Notes: generated by a model not told the origin, from the letters alone. DNA of 64,000 bases from Chrysomallon squamiferum (GCA_012295275.1 CM022678.1:14880001-14944000), one strand, 5' to 3'; positions 37,263 to 53,430 are shown, counted from the stretch's first letter. A program made the numbers and translations.

Positions 37263-40200
37263 CTCTATTGTCTGAAATAAAAATAATAAAAAAAGTGCTA
37301 AAACAATAGAAGTATTAGATTAGTTGTTTTTTAAGCACGCTAAGGTACAAAAAATATGATATATGTACTTTGAAAATTCATCTGAAATTCAAACATACCA
37401 ACTGAAATCACAATGTAACGGTCAACAACAAATGAAAAAAAAAAAAAATATATAATTCAATGAGGATAAAAATAGCAGATCCGCTATTCTTTAAACTGAG
37501 AAGCACAGAAACGCAAGTGGAAAATATTGACAAATATTGACAAATATTGACAAAGTTATTCATTAAATTACTTACTGTTACGTCCTAGTAATCTTCGACA
37601 GATAAAGTCTTTTTAACACAACCTGGTGTGTGCATATTTCAAACAAAGAACCATCAAATCGATCCAAATTCCAGTTCCTGGTAGATCTCCTCTATTTTCT
37701 GTCTAAAACATTTTTATGAACTTCTTGTCTAAACAATTATCAATTTTTGCGAAGCTGAAACTGACGAAGAGATTCGTAATTATTCCATATTCCATGTTTT
37801 CTTAACAGGTTTATTCATTGCTGTATTTGTTAACTCTTTTTTTCTTTTTCCTTTGTGGTTTTTTTTTTTTCTCTCTCTCTCTTTGATCTCCTCTAATTTC
37901 TGTCTAAAACTGTTGTATGAACTTCTTGGTGAAACAGAAACTGAAGAAGAAATTGGTAATAATTCCATACTGCGACCAATATAAATCACAAACTATTTCA
38001 CAAGATTAATTTTTCTTTTTTGGTTGTTAGTTACAAAACTGATTTGAGAAACACACTATCCAAAATACTAGAACAGATTTTCCAGATTTTTTCTTCAAAT
38101 AACTGTATTATATTCTGAACTGTCGTGTTTAGAAAGGCTATATTTCATTGATTGTATACGTCGTAACCGTATTAGATTTAGTCACCGAGAGCAGCGGGGC
38201 TAAAAAAACATATATAATAAAATAAAAAAATCCTCTGTGAAGCATGAGAGTTACGGCCATATAGTTACTAGATATTTTTTGTTTGCTTGCTTTTATCTGT
38301 TCATAATTGTCAGCCCAAAGACTGAATACTGAGGTCGTTTCCCTGACTACAAATAAACAGTCCCATAGGTACCTCTGAGATACACTCGTGACATATACTT
38401 ACTGCAGTGACAGATTTATTATATTTCAGTTAACAAAGAAATCTAATAAAATTCTCAAGCATAAACAAACACAGATGAAAAACCTGTACAGTCACAGTGG
38501 CAAAATTAGTATGTTCAAGTTAAACTATTAAACTAAAAAATAAATAAACAAACAAATAGCAAACAAATAAACAAACATATAAGCAAATACATTACTACAT
38601 ATAAATACAGTTTTTGTAAAAACAACTCAGTGATATGTGATATACTGTGAGTGTCTTGTTCAGAAAGCGTATTATTGATCACTCTTTATTGAGTTTTATA
38701 ATGTACCCTTTACACCCCTTATTCATTAGTGGTACTGTTCCAGTCTGTTCAGCAGGCTACCTCTACAGTGAAACACCAGTCTTAATCAGTTAGCTCACTG
38801 ACTTTACCACAGTGTTGTTTTATATTGCACACCTATTTACAGTGTTTACTTATATCTACTCATTTCATACAACAACAGCGAGAGCCTAATTATAGTCGGA
38901 TAAATGCAATTAATAAAGCTATAAATAAATCTATAAATAAAGCTAATTTTATGTAATGTTGTTCTATGTTCTGAATTTATTTCGCTTCAGATTATTCTAT
39001 TATTTATTACCTGAATTATTCAAGGTAAACAGAAAGTCATTAGTAATGCGCTCAACCGTATTGTTTTAACGTGTCTGCGTTATGGGAGGACACCGTTTAT
39101 ATATGTATCAGTTTTCTTGTTGATTGTTATCTGCTGGATGAAGATTGCGGAGTCCCTAAATACAAATAAACAGTTCCCACTGTTTTTCTATTATCGCTGA
39201 CATGTCGTGCATTAGATCACTTGACTGCTACTTTTTGTAGGTGCAGACTTATTATAGTTAAGTTAAACACGTAATATAATTTAATTAATTAAATACAAGT
39301 GAATAGAGTTTTTATAATAACATCTCAGTTATAGTGTAGTTGTCAATCGTTAATAGACGCCTTTTTAAATTCTCTGTTTACATTTTCGCCGACATCTGAC
39401 TTAAAAACACTTGTTGAAAATTAAAAATATAAAAGCTATTTTATTGTCTAACTATTTTTTGTTTTTTAAAAATAAATTCTGGTTTCTTATTATTTGAGCC
39501 GTATTGTTTGCCCTGCTAAACGTAAAATAAGTTGAATGTCATGCAGGAATGATGATTTTTAGGATGTTGCCTGATTTCTGGTTCTATCGAGGGCTATTTT
39601 CCTGTTTCTGACCCTGGTTTTCAGGTTCAACGAATGAATTTCACGTTTCGAAACAAGATTATACAAATACCATGCTCTGTTTCAGAATGATGGGACATAG
39701 GGAAACGTTTCCTGAGCAGTCCTGTAGCACGTGCCAGTCAGCAAGCTGCCAACAGATGCCTTTAAGATCTCGGCAAAATCTGGTACAGAGTAAAATAAAA
39801 CACTAAAGTTCTAGTTTAAGATTGAACAAATATTTAACATTTTTTTATGTTTGTAGCTTTGTAGATTGTGCTCATAAGAAGGTCTGGACTTCTTTTACGA
39901 AACTTGGAGATATGAGACATCTGTGTTTTGAGTTTATTAATTTCAACAAAAGAAACTGATTAAAATAACCAAAATATATACTTGGATATTTACCGACTAA
40001 TCCTCTCGCCTAATCTCGGTTTGAATAAATTTTACTCAAGTGAACACTTGTTTGTGGGACATTTTAAACATTATGCTAAGTAGAAACACAAGAATGTCAA
40101 AAAGTTCGTAGGAAAAGAAATCTCGCCGGTCGCACAAATGTCACCTTCCAAATGTTTTCATGTTACTTTAATTATTTTGTAATTACATCTTTTTGATCGT

Positions 40201-41125
40201 CTCGTCTCAGTAAAGAAAAAATGACGGTAGTCTCGGTCACTAAATTCTTTGATTTAAATCTTTTAATTTATTATTACACTTTCGTAATTAATCTAAATAA
40301 GTTGTGTGTTCCACGTCACATGCTACGGACAGTAACGAAGTGAACCGATCTAAATTTAAAAAGAATTAATCAGTTACAATGTTTGGTATTAATTTATTTT
40401 ATTTATTTTTAAAATTTGTTTCAAACCTCTGATCATTTTAAATCATAGGTATTGTCAAAACCGAATATATGATTTTTCTTGGATAGCTATTAAATTAATG
40501 AGAATGACGTCATCCATTTGTGTGGAGTTTTGAACTCACATCGAGACGAAAACGTTGTCGTGTTTTGCTGAACTTAACTTTTGAAATGTCGATGACTGAC
40601 TGACAACTAGCCACTTTTAATTTACTTTGGTATTATAAAATAATCTTCCTTTTTCCTCACTTAAGAGATCCTAATTAAAGAAATAATGACTGATTTCTAC
40701 TAATTAAATGAGTGTTAGATTTCGCAAATGATGGATTAATATAATTTTTGTTTCCGAAAGAAAATGAACATAGTTTACAATGTGAATTTCTGACTGTGAA
40801 ACATTTATTATTTTCGCAAGTTTTTCATTAATAGTGATTTAATAATATTTTTTTTTCTAACCGAAATATAACATATTTTACTGGTTTTAACTGGTTGGGC
40901 TTTTCAAATAAGTTTGAAAACAAAAACCAACCAAATAAATAAATAAATAAATGAATAAAAAGACCAAAGAATTTAGTTAGCTCTTGTCATTTACGAAAAA
41001 AAAAAGGCGTGTATGTTCTTAATTAATTTTGTTCAAATAGTTTTTGTACTAAATGATAATAATAATATTAATAAATAGAACTGATTTGTTAAGTTCTGTG
41101 TAAGTTTAGTTTTTTCTGTTTACAG

Positions 41126-41976
41126 GAGAGAATGGAGAAAGTCAGAGTCATTAAAAGAACTCCTTCTACTCTCAGAGATCCCAATGGCCAAGGTGAAAAC
41201 GAAACACATCAATCAGATTAATGCTTAATAATGATAATAATTACTGTGATTTTAGTTATATTTCAGAATGAACAGAATTATGCTTTGTTTGACCTCTTTG
41301 AAGAAAGTAAACCTGGTATTTAAAATGATGATGATTCAATATTATATAATGAAAATACCATTACATATTATATGTATATTTAAAAATAAGATTTATTTTT
41401 ATTTTGTTTAGTTTTAGTTACAAAGTCTCTCACTGAGAAAGGTTTGGATATGATGTTTTTGTGCAGCCAGTAACTAGACGTGTGTCACATGCTGAAAGCC
41501 AACAAAACAAATCTGTTGACTTGACTCATACACGTAATTCTGTTACTTATTGTTTTTGTATTTTTGTATGTGTCATCTGTTGTTATATATTAATTCTCTC
41601 TCTCAGTCGTTTTCTCCTTTCTGAATGAAAAACTATTTTTGAAAAACATGGTTTGCAAAGCAACTCTGGGTTGAAAACCCTGATACAGACCAGATTTACC
41701 AGAGGTTTTCTCGTTTTATTTTTGTTTTATTTTGCTTAATAATTATATTGTCTCTGAAAAATAGGAAGCTTGCATGTGAGACATTGCAGTCAGCAATGAG
41801 CCCAATCATTGTATGAGAAGCAGGCCTAGGCTATAGTAGTCTCCCTTCCCACGTGGAAATTGGACGTTTTCACTGTTGAGAAAGATATCTGTTTCACATC
41901 TCTCCAAAAACTTGATAAGACATTACGTTAATTCTAACAACCTCACCTTCAGTGAGTCTGTTCAAATGACAGACTG
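41126..41976 (+). pseudogene. Caspase-like gene fragment, copy 2
   Basis: Direct duplicate of 29561-30601. Exons 41126-41192 and 41267-41315 splice in frame to REWRKSESLKELLLLSEIPMAKNEQNYALFDLFEESKP. Later exons are disrupted but retain HCMRSRPR and NNLTFSESVQMTD|gtgagt. Confidence 0.45.
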
Positions 41977-42108
41977 GTGAGTGATAAAATAGAAAGAAAG
42001 TAACTAACTAACCAAACAACTAAATAAATAAATAAATAAATAAACAACTAAATAAATGAATAAATAAATAAATAAATAAACAAGTAAATAAATAAATAAA
42101 TAAACAAC

Positions 42109-42181
<73 letters not shown>

Positions 42182-43149
42182 GAAATTAAACCGTATACAG
42201 CTAAATTGGTTTGAAATTAATTGATTAATAAAACATTTTTTTTTAAAAAGTATTCAGAAAGCAAAGTAAAGAATAGGAAAAACAAATTTAAAATTAAAAA
42301 ATTCTATGCCATCAGATCAAAAAACATAACAAAAATCAAAGAAAAAGGTATAAAAAGAAATAAAAGGTAAATTAAAATAATACATTATATTTGAAATAAT
42401 TTTAATTAGCTATTAATAGTATTGTTAATAAATAAATAAGTAAATAAATAAATAAAGATGTCCAATGTAAAAAACAATGAGAAAGAAATGATAAATTAAA
42501 TACTGATTTAAAACAAATTAAAAACTTAATAAACACATTTTTCAAAATGAAGAAATGCACAATATTCTATACGATCCTTAAAAATGATGTGCCTAATAAA
42601 GGTGTGTTTTCTTTAACAAACAATATTTTAAAAAACAAGAATCTTTTTAATCTTTAAATATATCCTTATTCTCACTCCTTTTACATCACAAACTTTTTAA
42701 TCTTTAAATATATCCTAACTCTATCTCCTTTTACATCACCATTATGTGCTTATATTTGCTGCTTCCGCCTATCAGTACGTGAAATGGAGATTCAACTGTT
42801 TTTGTTTCATGTTGTCTCCCTTAGACTTTATATATTATCTACGTCTTACATGTATTTCATCTTGTATATATCTTCACTCTGGTAAATCTGGTGTAAAAAT
42901 TATGTTTGTAGGACAGTTAGAAGTCTATTATTAATATTATTATTGTTATTATTAGATCAACTACGGCTACATTATATCAATATAAATACACTGAAGTATA
43001 CTGAATAATTGCATATACTGAACAATATGACAAATTATGAACTAAGCTTTGTCAGAGACAATTTCCCTTCAGAATGGGCACTTCAATATCAAAATTTCTA
43101 CAAAAGGCACTAAAATATTAAAAATGTTTTTAGTCACTTGCAATATTTT

Positions 43150-43931
43150 TTACTCATTTGCTATTTTTAAAAAATCAAAGGAAAACAGAACCCTGGTGTT
43201 TAGAACAAAGTTCTTTAATCCATCCAAGTGTAAAACTGCTACAGTTCCATTTCAGTATCCATTTTATTACTGTCCTGGTCTTCTCTCTTCTTCATCTAGA
43301 ATAATAAAAGAATAAAATAACACTGATTTTCAATAAATAAATAAAGAAACAAACAAACAAAGAAATAATAATAAAAAAAATAGATGTATCATGACTAAAA
43401 GAAGAGTGTAAAAGAAGTCAAACATATAATATACAATTTAAAATTATATGACAGTATATAATTTGCCCTTATTATATTTGTTGTTTTTTTTTAAAATGTA
43501 AACTTACTCTCTTCACGAAGAGTGAGAATACCAAAAATGGAAACTGCTGCAATGAGCATCATCATCAGTATGAAAAACTGATCTGGACAGCTTTCTACAA
43601 TAAAAAAAAATAATAATTTCGTTTTAATTTAAAACAGAACCTCACCTTATATCTGAAAGAAAATGTTTGTATCATGAGTTTCACTCTTGTTATATAAATA
43701 AATGTTCTGATGTAAAAAAAAAAAAAAAAAACGTTATTCGTTTAAAGGAAGTCTACCTTTTTATTTTCTATTTATTTTTTTAATTATTTACTTATTATTA
43801 TTATTATTATTGTTAGTAGTAGTAGTAGTATTTTAATTTAACAGTTTCACTGTTTGTTATTATTACAGCTGAAAGCTAAAGAAAACTATACCTGCATATT
43901 GTCGTATTGAAAATAGCAAAGATATGTCCAT
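43150..43931 (-). CDS. Microprotein locus C (43931-43892, 43594-43508, 43238-43150), 71 aa: MDISLLFSIRQYAESCPDQFFILMMMLIAAVSIFGILTLREETVLHLDGLKNFVLNTRVLFSFDFLKIANE*
   Basis: GT-AG junctions intact, phases 1-1, open frame from ATG to TAA. Differences from the locus B TM exon fall only at codon positions 1 and 3. Confidence 0.65.
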
Positions 43932-46537
43932 TGTCTGAAAAAAAAAATAAAAATAAAAATAAAAAATCAAGTTGCAAAACAATAGATGAATTAGCATTAG
44001 TAATACAGTCGGGTTTTTTATCCACTTAAAGTTTTATAATATGATATGTTTATGCTTCTGAAATTCAATTTTATCCTTTGAAACTACAAAGTAAAAGAGA
44101 ATAACAAAATAATGTTTTAAAAATTCTTTTCAATGAGAGATAAAGTGGCAAACCCGCAGCTCTTTAAACTCAGAAAAACAGGAACGTAAGTGAAAAAATA
44201 TATTTTAATGTTTTTTAAATATAGTTTGCTTTTTCTTATAATAGCATTTTATTTGCCATAAAGAAGCGAGTACACAAGTGCCGAACCAAACTGTAATGGT
44301 GAATACGACTAAGTGTATAACGATATCATGTCGGTTGTTTTATTTTGTTGTTATTGTTTTTTCCACCATTAAAATGATAATAAATAAAATCAGTATCTTC
44401 TTACATATTTAGTTGGATAAAATACTTACAGATATATTGATATACATGCAGTTACTGCAAATCAGACTTTCGACAAAATGGTGGTCATAAAATGTCATAT
44501 CCGCTTCGATTGGTAGGACATGCGCAGTTGGCAAAAAGATTGTAGGATAATGAATGTCGCCCGCGGGACTGGTACTATTTATAAATAAAAATAAAAATAA
44601 AAATAAAAATATAAATATAAATATAAATATAAATAAATAAATAAATAATATACTTCATTTATTTATTTTATTGTTACATATTCTTATTAGTTAAAGTGAT
44701 TACTGGAGTCATACATTAAGTTACTTACTGTTACGTCCTACTCATCTTTCACAGATAGTCTTTTTAACACAGTCTGGTGTATGAATATTTCAAACAAAGA
44801 ACCGACACTCGATCCAAAGTCCAGTCGAAAAACTGGTCACGAAAAACTGCACAATTATTTTCTGATTTCTTTTTGTTTCCTTCTCTTTAATAAAGATTCT
44901 TTTTCATTGCAAAACAGCGTTATTAATATTATATTTGTTAACGTTTCTTTTTTTTTTTTTTTTTTTTTTTAACGCCATTATGGTTTACAGATCTGAGGAA
45001 AAGAAACATTATACCAGGCAGTGTTCAGTGTCCTGTTTTATCCAGTTAATTTTACACTGCGGCTCTTTTCACTTTGAAAATGATGACATCCCTTTCTGAA
45101 GTCCTTTATCTGCTGCCAAATAATATATTTTTAAAACAATGGAGATACTTGAATAATATTATAAACAGATCTGTTTCTTCCTCTCTGAGTTTAATATTTT
45201 TGGTTAATTGATAAACACTGGTGGAAAATACAAATAAAGTTTTAATTTTGAGTATAAAATCTGTGACACAGAAGAAGAATACGGTAATAATTCCATATTG
45301 CGACCGATATAAAAGACACATCACTTCACAGGATACACATTAGTATTTTTTGTTTTTGTTTGTTTGTTTCTTACACACCTGATATAAGAAACACTATCTA
45401 TAATACTAGCAGAGTATTATAACAAATAACATTTTTAAATTTTGTTTCTTCACTGAACTGTCTAGTTCCAGTTTTCTAGTTGATTTTTAAGTTAATCAAT
45501 AAGGAGAATAATGTTGTGGGTGTTGCCCCTAACTACAAGTAAACATTGCCAGTGGTTTTCTTACATAATGTATGACATGTCATACAACATACCGCTAGCC
45601 TTGTTTGTACATGTTCTATATAGTGGCGGGAATATTATATTCAAGCAAAACAAGAAACATTATAAAACGCACAAACATGGACGACCTGGTATTGAATAAA
45701 CTGTGATTAAAACCTGACACTGTCATCGTGGCGAAATTAGTATATTCAAAGTTAAACAATTATAATAAAACACTCAAAAATAAATAAATAAATAAATAAT
45801 AGTATATCAGTAAATAAGTATATAAATAATCAAGCTAGGGATGAACAGGGTGGTGTCTTCCCGTCTGGTAGAATTCCCAGGGGGGAGTAAGCCGACAGGG
45901 TACATGGAGATGTTCATAAAGAGGTTCAGAAATAATGATAATAATGCAGCCATATGCATCGTGCATGAATAAATTCACATGCAAATCATTCCTGTATAAG
46001 GATAAAGTATAGGTCTACGAGACGGATGAATAGCCAGTCGGACACACGTCACAGTAAAGTGATCTGCCCGAGCCGACACACCACACGCGATCACGTCATA
46101 TCCGGAGTGATCAGATACGTGAAGGGATTACGTCCCTGCTAAACCTGTCTGTTAACAAGTCACATGTTTTGTAGTTGCCCACGCTTTACTAATTGACTTT
46201 CAACTTATTTTACGTTTAGCAGGGCAAACAATACGGCTCAAATAATAAGAAAACATATTTTATATTATTAATTTTTATTATTTTTTTTTATTAAAAGAAA
46301 GAAAGTTAGAAAATAAACATCTTTTATATATATTTTTTTAACAAGTATTTTAAGGCAAATGTCGGGGAAAATTAAACTGAGAAGCATTATTCAGTACAAG
46401 GTTTTAATCTGTGTTTATTTATGCTTGGGCGTTTTAACAAACTTCACACAGATTAGTAAAAATAAAATTCTACTGTACATTTTTCTTTACATATACTGCC
46501 ATACTAGTCTTTTTGCTATCTATTATTATTTATTATA

Positions 46538-46608
<71 letters not shown>

Positions 46609-48825
46609 GAACAGTGCAGAAAACAAAATCGAACTCAGCAGATAAGGTCAGCTGCCACCCCAAAAAGAAAATAAAAATTACATTAATTATATAGCTTTGT
46701 ATTTTACCGTTCTTTATATTAAGTTCACTAGTACTTAGAAGAATTCCTTTGCCCAGTGAAAGGAAAATAATATCAGACTGGCCATAATGGACTTAACAGT
46801 ATAAAAAGTAGTAAAGCAGAACGATTATAGTTGAAGTGGTTGTAGAACTAATGTAGTAGCAGTAGAAAACAGTAATATTAGTAGTAGTTGTAGTAGTTGT
46901 AGAAATAGTAAGGAAACAAAAAATATATTATATATTTTTTTTCAGGAAACATTTCTTTTTTTTACCACTTCTCTTTAATGAAGATTCTGTTTTTAACATG
47001 CAACACATGCAAAACAGTATTAATATAATTTTTCTTCTAGTTTTTTTTTTTTTTTTTTTTTTAACGCCATTAACAGGGTCATTATGATGTGCAGATCTGA
47101 GGAAAAGAAACATTTTACCCTGTAATGTTCAGTGAATTGTACACTGCGAATCATTTCACATTGAAAATGACTATAATATATTCTGAACTGTCTGGTTCAG
47201 AAGGGTTAGTGATCATTGATTTTGTGTATATATACCAGTTTTCCTGTGGCGTATCCAGCTTTTCTGATAGGGTGGTGTCCCTGAAAAAATGGGCACTATA
47301 ACATTATGAAAAGTCACTATTGAAAAATTACACAGAGGTCAACAATGTAATAGTGCTACATGTCTCTAGATCCGCCCCAGCTTTTTGTTCATGTTTATCT
47401 GGTGTATAGTTGTCTGGCCAAATAATGAATACTGAGGTCGTTTCCCTAACTACAAATACAATTCCCAATATCTTACTGTAGTTTCATACTTATTATATTT
47501 AAACAAGAAATATAATAAAACGCCCAAGCATAAATAAACACAGATTAAAACCGTATATTGCATAATGCGTCTCTGTTTAATTTTCCTCAACGTTTCCCTT
47601 AAAATACTTGTTGAAAATTAAAAAATATAGAAGATGTTTATTTTCTAACTTTCTTTCTTTTCGTTTCTTTTCTTTTAATAAAATAAAAAAAATTAATTTA
47701 TTTTTTATTTTTTCCTATTATTTGAGCCGTATCGTTTGCTCTGCGAAACGTAAAATAAGTTGCAAGTCAGATTACTTTTATGGGAGAAGATGTAAAATTT
47801 ACTCATACGTTGATGGAAAGTGCGTTGGGAGAGGGTTGTCGTGATCAAATAAAAGAAATTATTACCACTGCTATTAATTTTATATAAAAACTATCTGTCA
47901 CACGCGGGTAATAAAGCATAGACTGTTTATCATTGATAGGCACAAATAAACACGCTAAATCTTGCAGGAATTTGAAATAATATATCATTTGTTTCAGCTT
48001 TAATCTGTTATATAACCTTTCGAAGACACATGAGACATACACACTTCCTGAAGGACTCACATACATACATATATACATTACAGCAATGTGTACATGCATG
48101 CATGGACATATACGTACATATACACGTATGTGCATACATTCATGCATACATACATACTTATGCGCACACAGATATGTAGCAACAATATATTTATGTAATC
48201 TTTCTCTGCAGAAGTGTCCAATGAGGGGTACATAAGACAAAGAATATTCATTATTAAATACATATCTGTGCCAGGTTTCCCACAAAAATAAATGCATATA
48301 TGACAAAAAACAAAAAGAAAGGTCTGCATCCTAATAAGTTATGATTATGCTCGATTAAATTTGTTTTCTAGCTCGTCTTGGTGGCAGAGTAGCATGGCGC
48401 CCGTACATGTCGTGCAGGCGAAGAGGACCATAATCCAAGTTTCAGGTTGCTAGTACAGAGACTTGTGCCAATAGCTGGCGCTAAGCTCATCTTGGATTAT
48501 AATACCTTATATTAAAATTCATATTATGGCACAGAACTATAGGGAAGCCCAGTAAATGTATCCCTGATTCTGATGTTCACCTATTGTCCTTGGGACACTT
48601 CAGTTGCTAGACAGTGAGCTCGCATTAGAAACAAATACAGTCTGATCCACTGAATATTATTTTCCTTTCACTGGGCAGTGAAAGTTTTCTAAGTATTGGT
48701 GAACTTAAACATTTTATTTTAATTATATAATTATTTTATTGTAAAATTTCTTTCTTTAGATCTTTTTCTTTGAGGGGGGGGGCAACTGACCTTATCTGCT
48801 GAGTTCGATTTTTTTCTGCACTGTA

Positions 48826-48878
<53 letters not shown>

Positions 48879-51800
48879 GCAACAGCACTGGTCTGGCAGC
48901 ATATGTAAAGAAAAATGTAAAAAAATGTAGTCCAGTCAGGCTGAAGTTTGTTAGATTAGGGTGGTTTTGGGTACATTTGTAAAATGTACTCTTATCTTAA
49001 AGGAAATTGGTTTGAGAGAGGGTTGCCGTGATCATATAGCAGGGACACAGAATAACTTAAGAAGTAAGGTTTCAACATAAAATAGTAATTATAATGTAGA
49101 GATTTGGCCAAATCATCTTTCTTCTTTGCTAGATATTCTCTCTTCTCTCTTGAGATCTCTTTCACCGCAGTCACACAAATAACATTTCACATCCCTGACC
49201 AATACTGGCAGACCATTACTGTCATGGGTACCTTAAGAAAGCACCAGTGACAGTATTTTACATATATTAATTCCTAAGGGACCTGGAGGAATTTCCAAAG
49301 TATTTTACATGTAAACAAGGATAAATCTTTACGTTAAGCTTTGTGCTTTTAGTTCAGTATATAATAACAAATATATAATAAAAAAAAATAGAAACTAATG
49401 ATACTAAATATTTGACAAAAATACAGGTTTTAAATTTGTCAAATATCAGAATATAGAGCAATAATCTCTGGAACAGTAATTGCGTACAGAGCTATTTGTA
49501 GGTCATGGACTGTAAGGATAAGAGGACCATTTTCGCGAACCCTACAGCCCAGTAGGCCCCATGTATGCTCAGTTAGGGAACCGCGGTGTGCAGAGGGGCG
49601 GGGCGAAATGGCGGTGGCCGCGGGCATCCAACCAGAGAAAAGAACTTAATAAATTTGATTTATATTAAATCGAATAAATTGTTTATTTTTATGTATTTAC
49701 ATATTCAAAATATCTTTCTTTCTCATAATATTTCTCAATACTAGGACTTATACTTGAGTCTTTGGGGCCTACAATCAAGGATTTGTCCTCGGAAGGTCAC
49801 TGCAAGTGAAAACATAACGTAAAATAGAATAACAAATGGGAAAAAAAAAAGAAAAACAAGATTAATTACGTTCAATGCGGAAAAAAATTGGCAGATCCTC
49901 TGTTCTTTAAACTCAGGAAAACCCGAACGTAAGTGGAAGGCACTGATAAATATCCAGATGAAAATGAATTGAGACTAATGACTCATGTCCATTTCAGACA
50001 ATGTAGGGCATGCACATTTGGGCGCAGTTGGCAAAAAGACGGTAAATAAATAAATAAATAAATACTTCATTTATTTATTTTATTGTTACATATTCTTATT
50101 AGTTAAAGTGATTATTGGAGTCATTAAGTTACTTACTGTTACGTCGTAGTAATCTTCGACAGATAGTCTTTTTAACACAGTCTGGTGTATGAATATTTCA
50201 AAGAACCGTTACTCTATCTAAAGTACAGTCCACTGCGGTCATGAAAAACTGGAGTTATTTTCTGATTTATTTTTGTTTCCTTTCTCTTTAATGAAGATTC
50301 TTTTTTATTGCAAAACAGCGTTATTAATATTATATTTCTTTTTTTTTTTTTTTTTTTTTTTTGACGCCATTAACAGGGTCATTATGGTGTACAGATCTGA
50401 GGAAAAGAAACATTATCCAAAACAGTGTTCCGTGTCCTGTTTTATCCAGTTAATTGTACACTGCGGCTCTTTTCACTTTGGAAATGATGACATCCTTTTC
50501 TGAAGTCCTTCATCTGCTGCCAAATAATATATTTTTAAAACAATGGAGATACTTAAATAATATTATAAACAGAACTGTTTGTCCATTTCTTCCTCTTTGA
50601 GGTTTAATTGATAAACACTGGTGGAAAATACAAATAAAGTTTTAATTTTGAGCATAAAATCTGTGACAGCCTGATTCTTCGTTGGTTGTTTCTTTCTTTT
50701 TCCTCATAGAGTTGTTTGTTTGTGTTTTCTTAAGAGATTTATTCTTTGTTCTTTTTGTTGAATGTTCATTTTTCTTTGTTTTTCTTTTTCTTTCTGGTAT
50801 ATCTCTTCAATCTTCTGACTAAGAGTGTAAGAAATGTTTTTTGTCTAAACAATTATCCATTTTTGCGAAACTGAAGAAGAAATTGGTAATAATTCCGAAT
50901 TGCAACCGATATAAATGACTCATCATTTCACAGGATACACATTAGTATTTTTTGTTTTTGTTTGTTTGTTCCTTACATACCTGATATGAGAAACACTATC
51001 TATAATACTACCACAGTATTATAACAAATAACATTTTTAAATCTTGTTTCTTCATTGAACTGTCTTGTTCCAGTTTTTTAACTGATTTTTATGTGGGGGA
51101 TAAGTGTAATCTATAAGGAGAATAGTGTTGTTTTTGTTTTTGTTGCCAGTGGTGTTCTATTACGTATGACGTGTCAACTAACATTCCACTAGCCTTGTTT
51201 GTACATGTTCAATATACTGGCCGGAGTATTATATTCAAGTAAAACAAAGAAACATTATAAAACGCCCAAACATGGACGATCCCCTGGTATTAAATAAACT
51301 GTGATTGAAACCTGACACTGTGATCGTACCGCAGTACCTGATTAACTCTGTATATAATGAACTTGGTCTGGTTTCTTTCTAACATTCAGAGGCGGAGCGC
51401 ATTGTTCCTAAATTAGTTATGTAACATCAACCGAAAGCAGAATAAGAGTTCACTACTCATTTGTTGTAGATTTTTTACTTTTTCATTATTTCACCATCTT
51501 CCTCCTCCTCATTATCATCATCATAATCATGATCATAAACATTATTATTATTTTAATATTATTACTATTATTACTTTTATTATTATTGTTATTATTATTA
51601 TTATTTGTATTCTTCTTCTTCTTCTTCTTATTATTATTATTATTATTTAAGCTGGTCATTTCTAATTCATAAACATTTTTTTTTTTTTTACAAAACAACC
51701 GACCAATAATAAACAATTTTACATCAATTTCATCTAATATTAAAAAAAATAATAATAATAAAAGAAAAGAAAAGAAAAAAGCAGCACGATGTGTTTTTTG

Positions 51801-53399
51801 TTAATTCTCAAGGCTTGCTTCTGTAAAAGAAAACGACAAAAATATTATAAATAACTAATTTTATTCAGCAATATAATTTAAAAAAAAGATGTTTTACATA
51901 CGAGTATTTTATATTCAGTAATAGAATATGTGAAAGTTACATTTATCATTAACTGTTCGAATTAAACCATATTCAGCTTAAACATGTTCAAGATATATGT
52001 TTCAGAGCATATTTACGTTATGCACACATACATGCTCACATTGTGCACATTTATGTGATATAGTATATTAATAGTATTGTACACTAAAGATATTATGACC
52101 TGCAGATACTTTGGCTATGACTGGAAAAGTTTATATGAAGGACCAAATCATTGGGAATACTTTTAGATGAATACCTTCTTTTTTAATTATTTACATTCAC
52201 TACATTCGATATATAAATTATTTCGATATCCATACTACAATAATACCTCAGATTACAGATGTAATTGGTTCCAAATATCCGATAGTTAAGTGAGGTATCG
52301 TTAAGCAGGAGACTAATTTACATAGAATTAAGGTTAAAAGCAGTGGTTACTTTCTCGCTGATGAAATTTGACATAAAAAAGGTGAAAGAGGGAGAAATAA
52401 AACAGCAGTTTAGACATAAATCATTTAATAGATTGTAGATATTAAGTAAACTCTAAATCATTTACAAATCAATTTATTCAAATACATTAATAAATAATCA
52501 TTGTGGGTTCATTTTTGTGGGTTTGGTTTCATTTAAGATAATGTATTTTGTTTCTAAAGGTATTGTCTCCCGTTTCTTTTTATCATCAGCATTTGCCGGT
52601 ATCGTGTTATTCGTTTTGACATGTTGGAAGGGTAAATTACAAATGAGTTTAAGTCTAAATCGAAGCAGAAGAGAAAAGAGAATCAGAATATCAGATGCAC
52701 GTATAATTCTACGAGGTGGGAGTAAGCCGACAGGGTACATGGAGATGTTCATAAAGAGGTTCAGAACTAATGATAATAATACAGCCATATGCATAGTGTA
52801 TGAATAAATTCACATGCAAATCATTCCTGTATAAGGATAAAGTATAGGTCTACGAGACGGATGAGTAGCCAGTCGGAGACACGTGACAGTAAAGTGATCT
52901 GCCCGAGGCGACACCTCACACGCGATCACGTCATATCCGGAGTGATTAGATACGTGAAGGGATTACGTCCCTGCTAAACCTGTCTGTTAACAAGTCACAT
53001 GTTTAGTAGTTGCCCACACTTTACTAATCTGACTTTCAACTTATTTTACGTTTAGCAGGGCAAACAATACGGCTCAAATAATAAGAAAACATATTTTATA
53101 TTATTAATTTTTATTATTTTTTTTTATTAAAAGAAAGAAAGTTAGAAAATAAACATCTTTTATATATATATTTTTTAACAAGTATTTTAAGGCAAATGTC
53201 GGGGAAAATTAAACTGAGAAGCATTATTCAGTACAAGGTTTTAATCTGTGTTTATTTATGCTTGGGCGTTTTAACAAACTTCACACAGATTAGTAAAAAA
53301 AAAATTCTACTGTACATTTTTCTTTACATATACTGCCATACTAGTCCTTTTGCTATCTATTATTATTTATTATAATTTATTATTATAATTATAATTATA

Positions 53400-53430
<31 letters not shown>

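Noticed and set aside
47845-48306. 153-aa minus-strand ORF
   Set aside because: Built on a degenerate (TACA/TGCA)n tract and frameshifted in the near-identical copy at 19479-19939.
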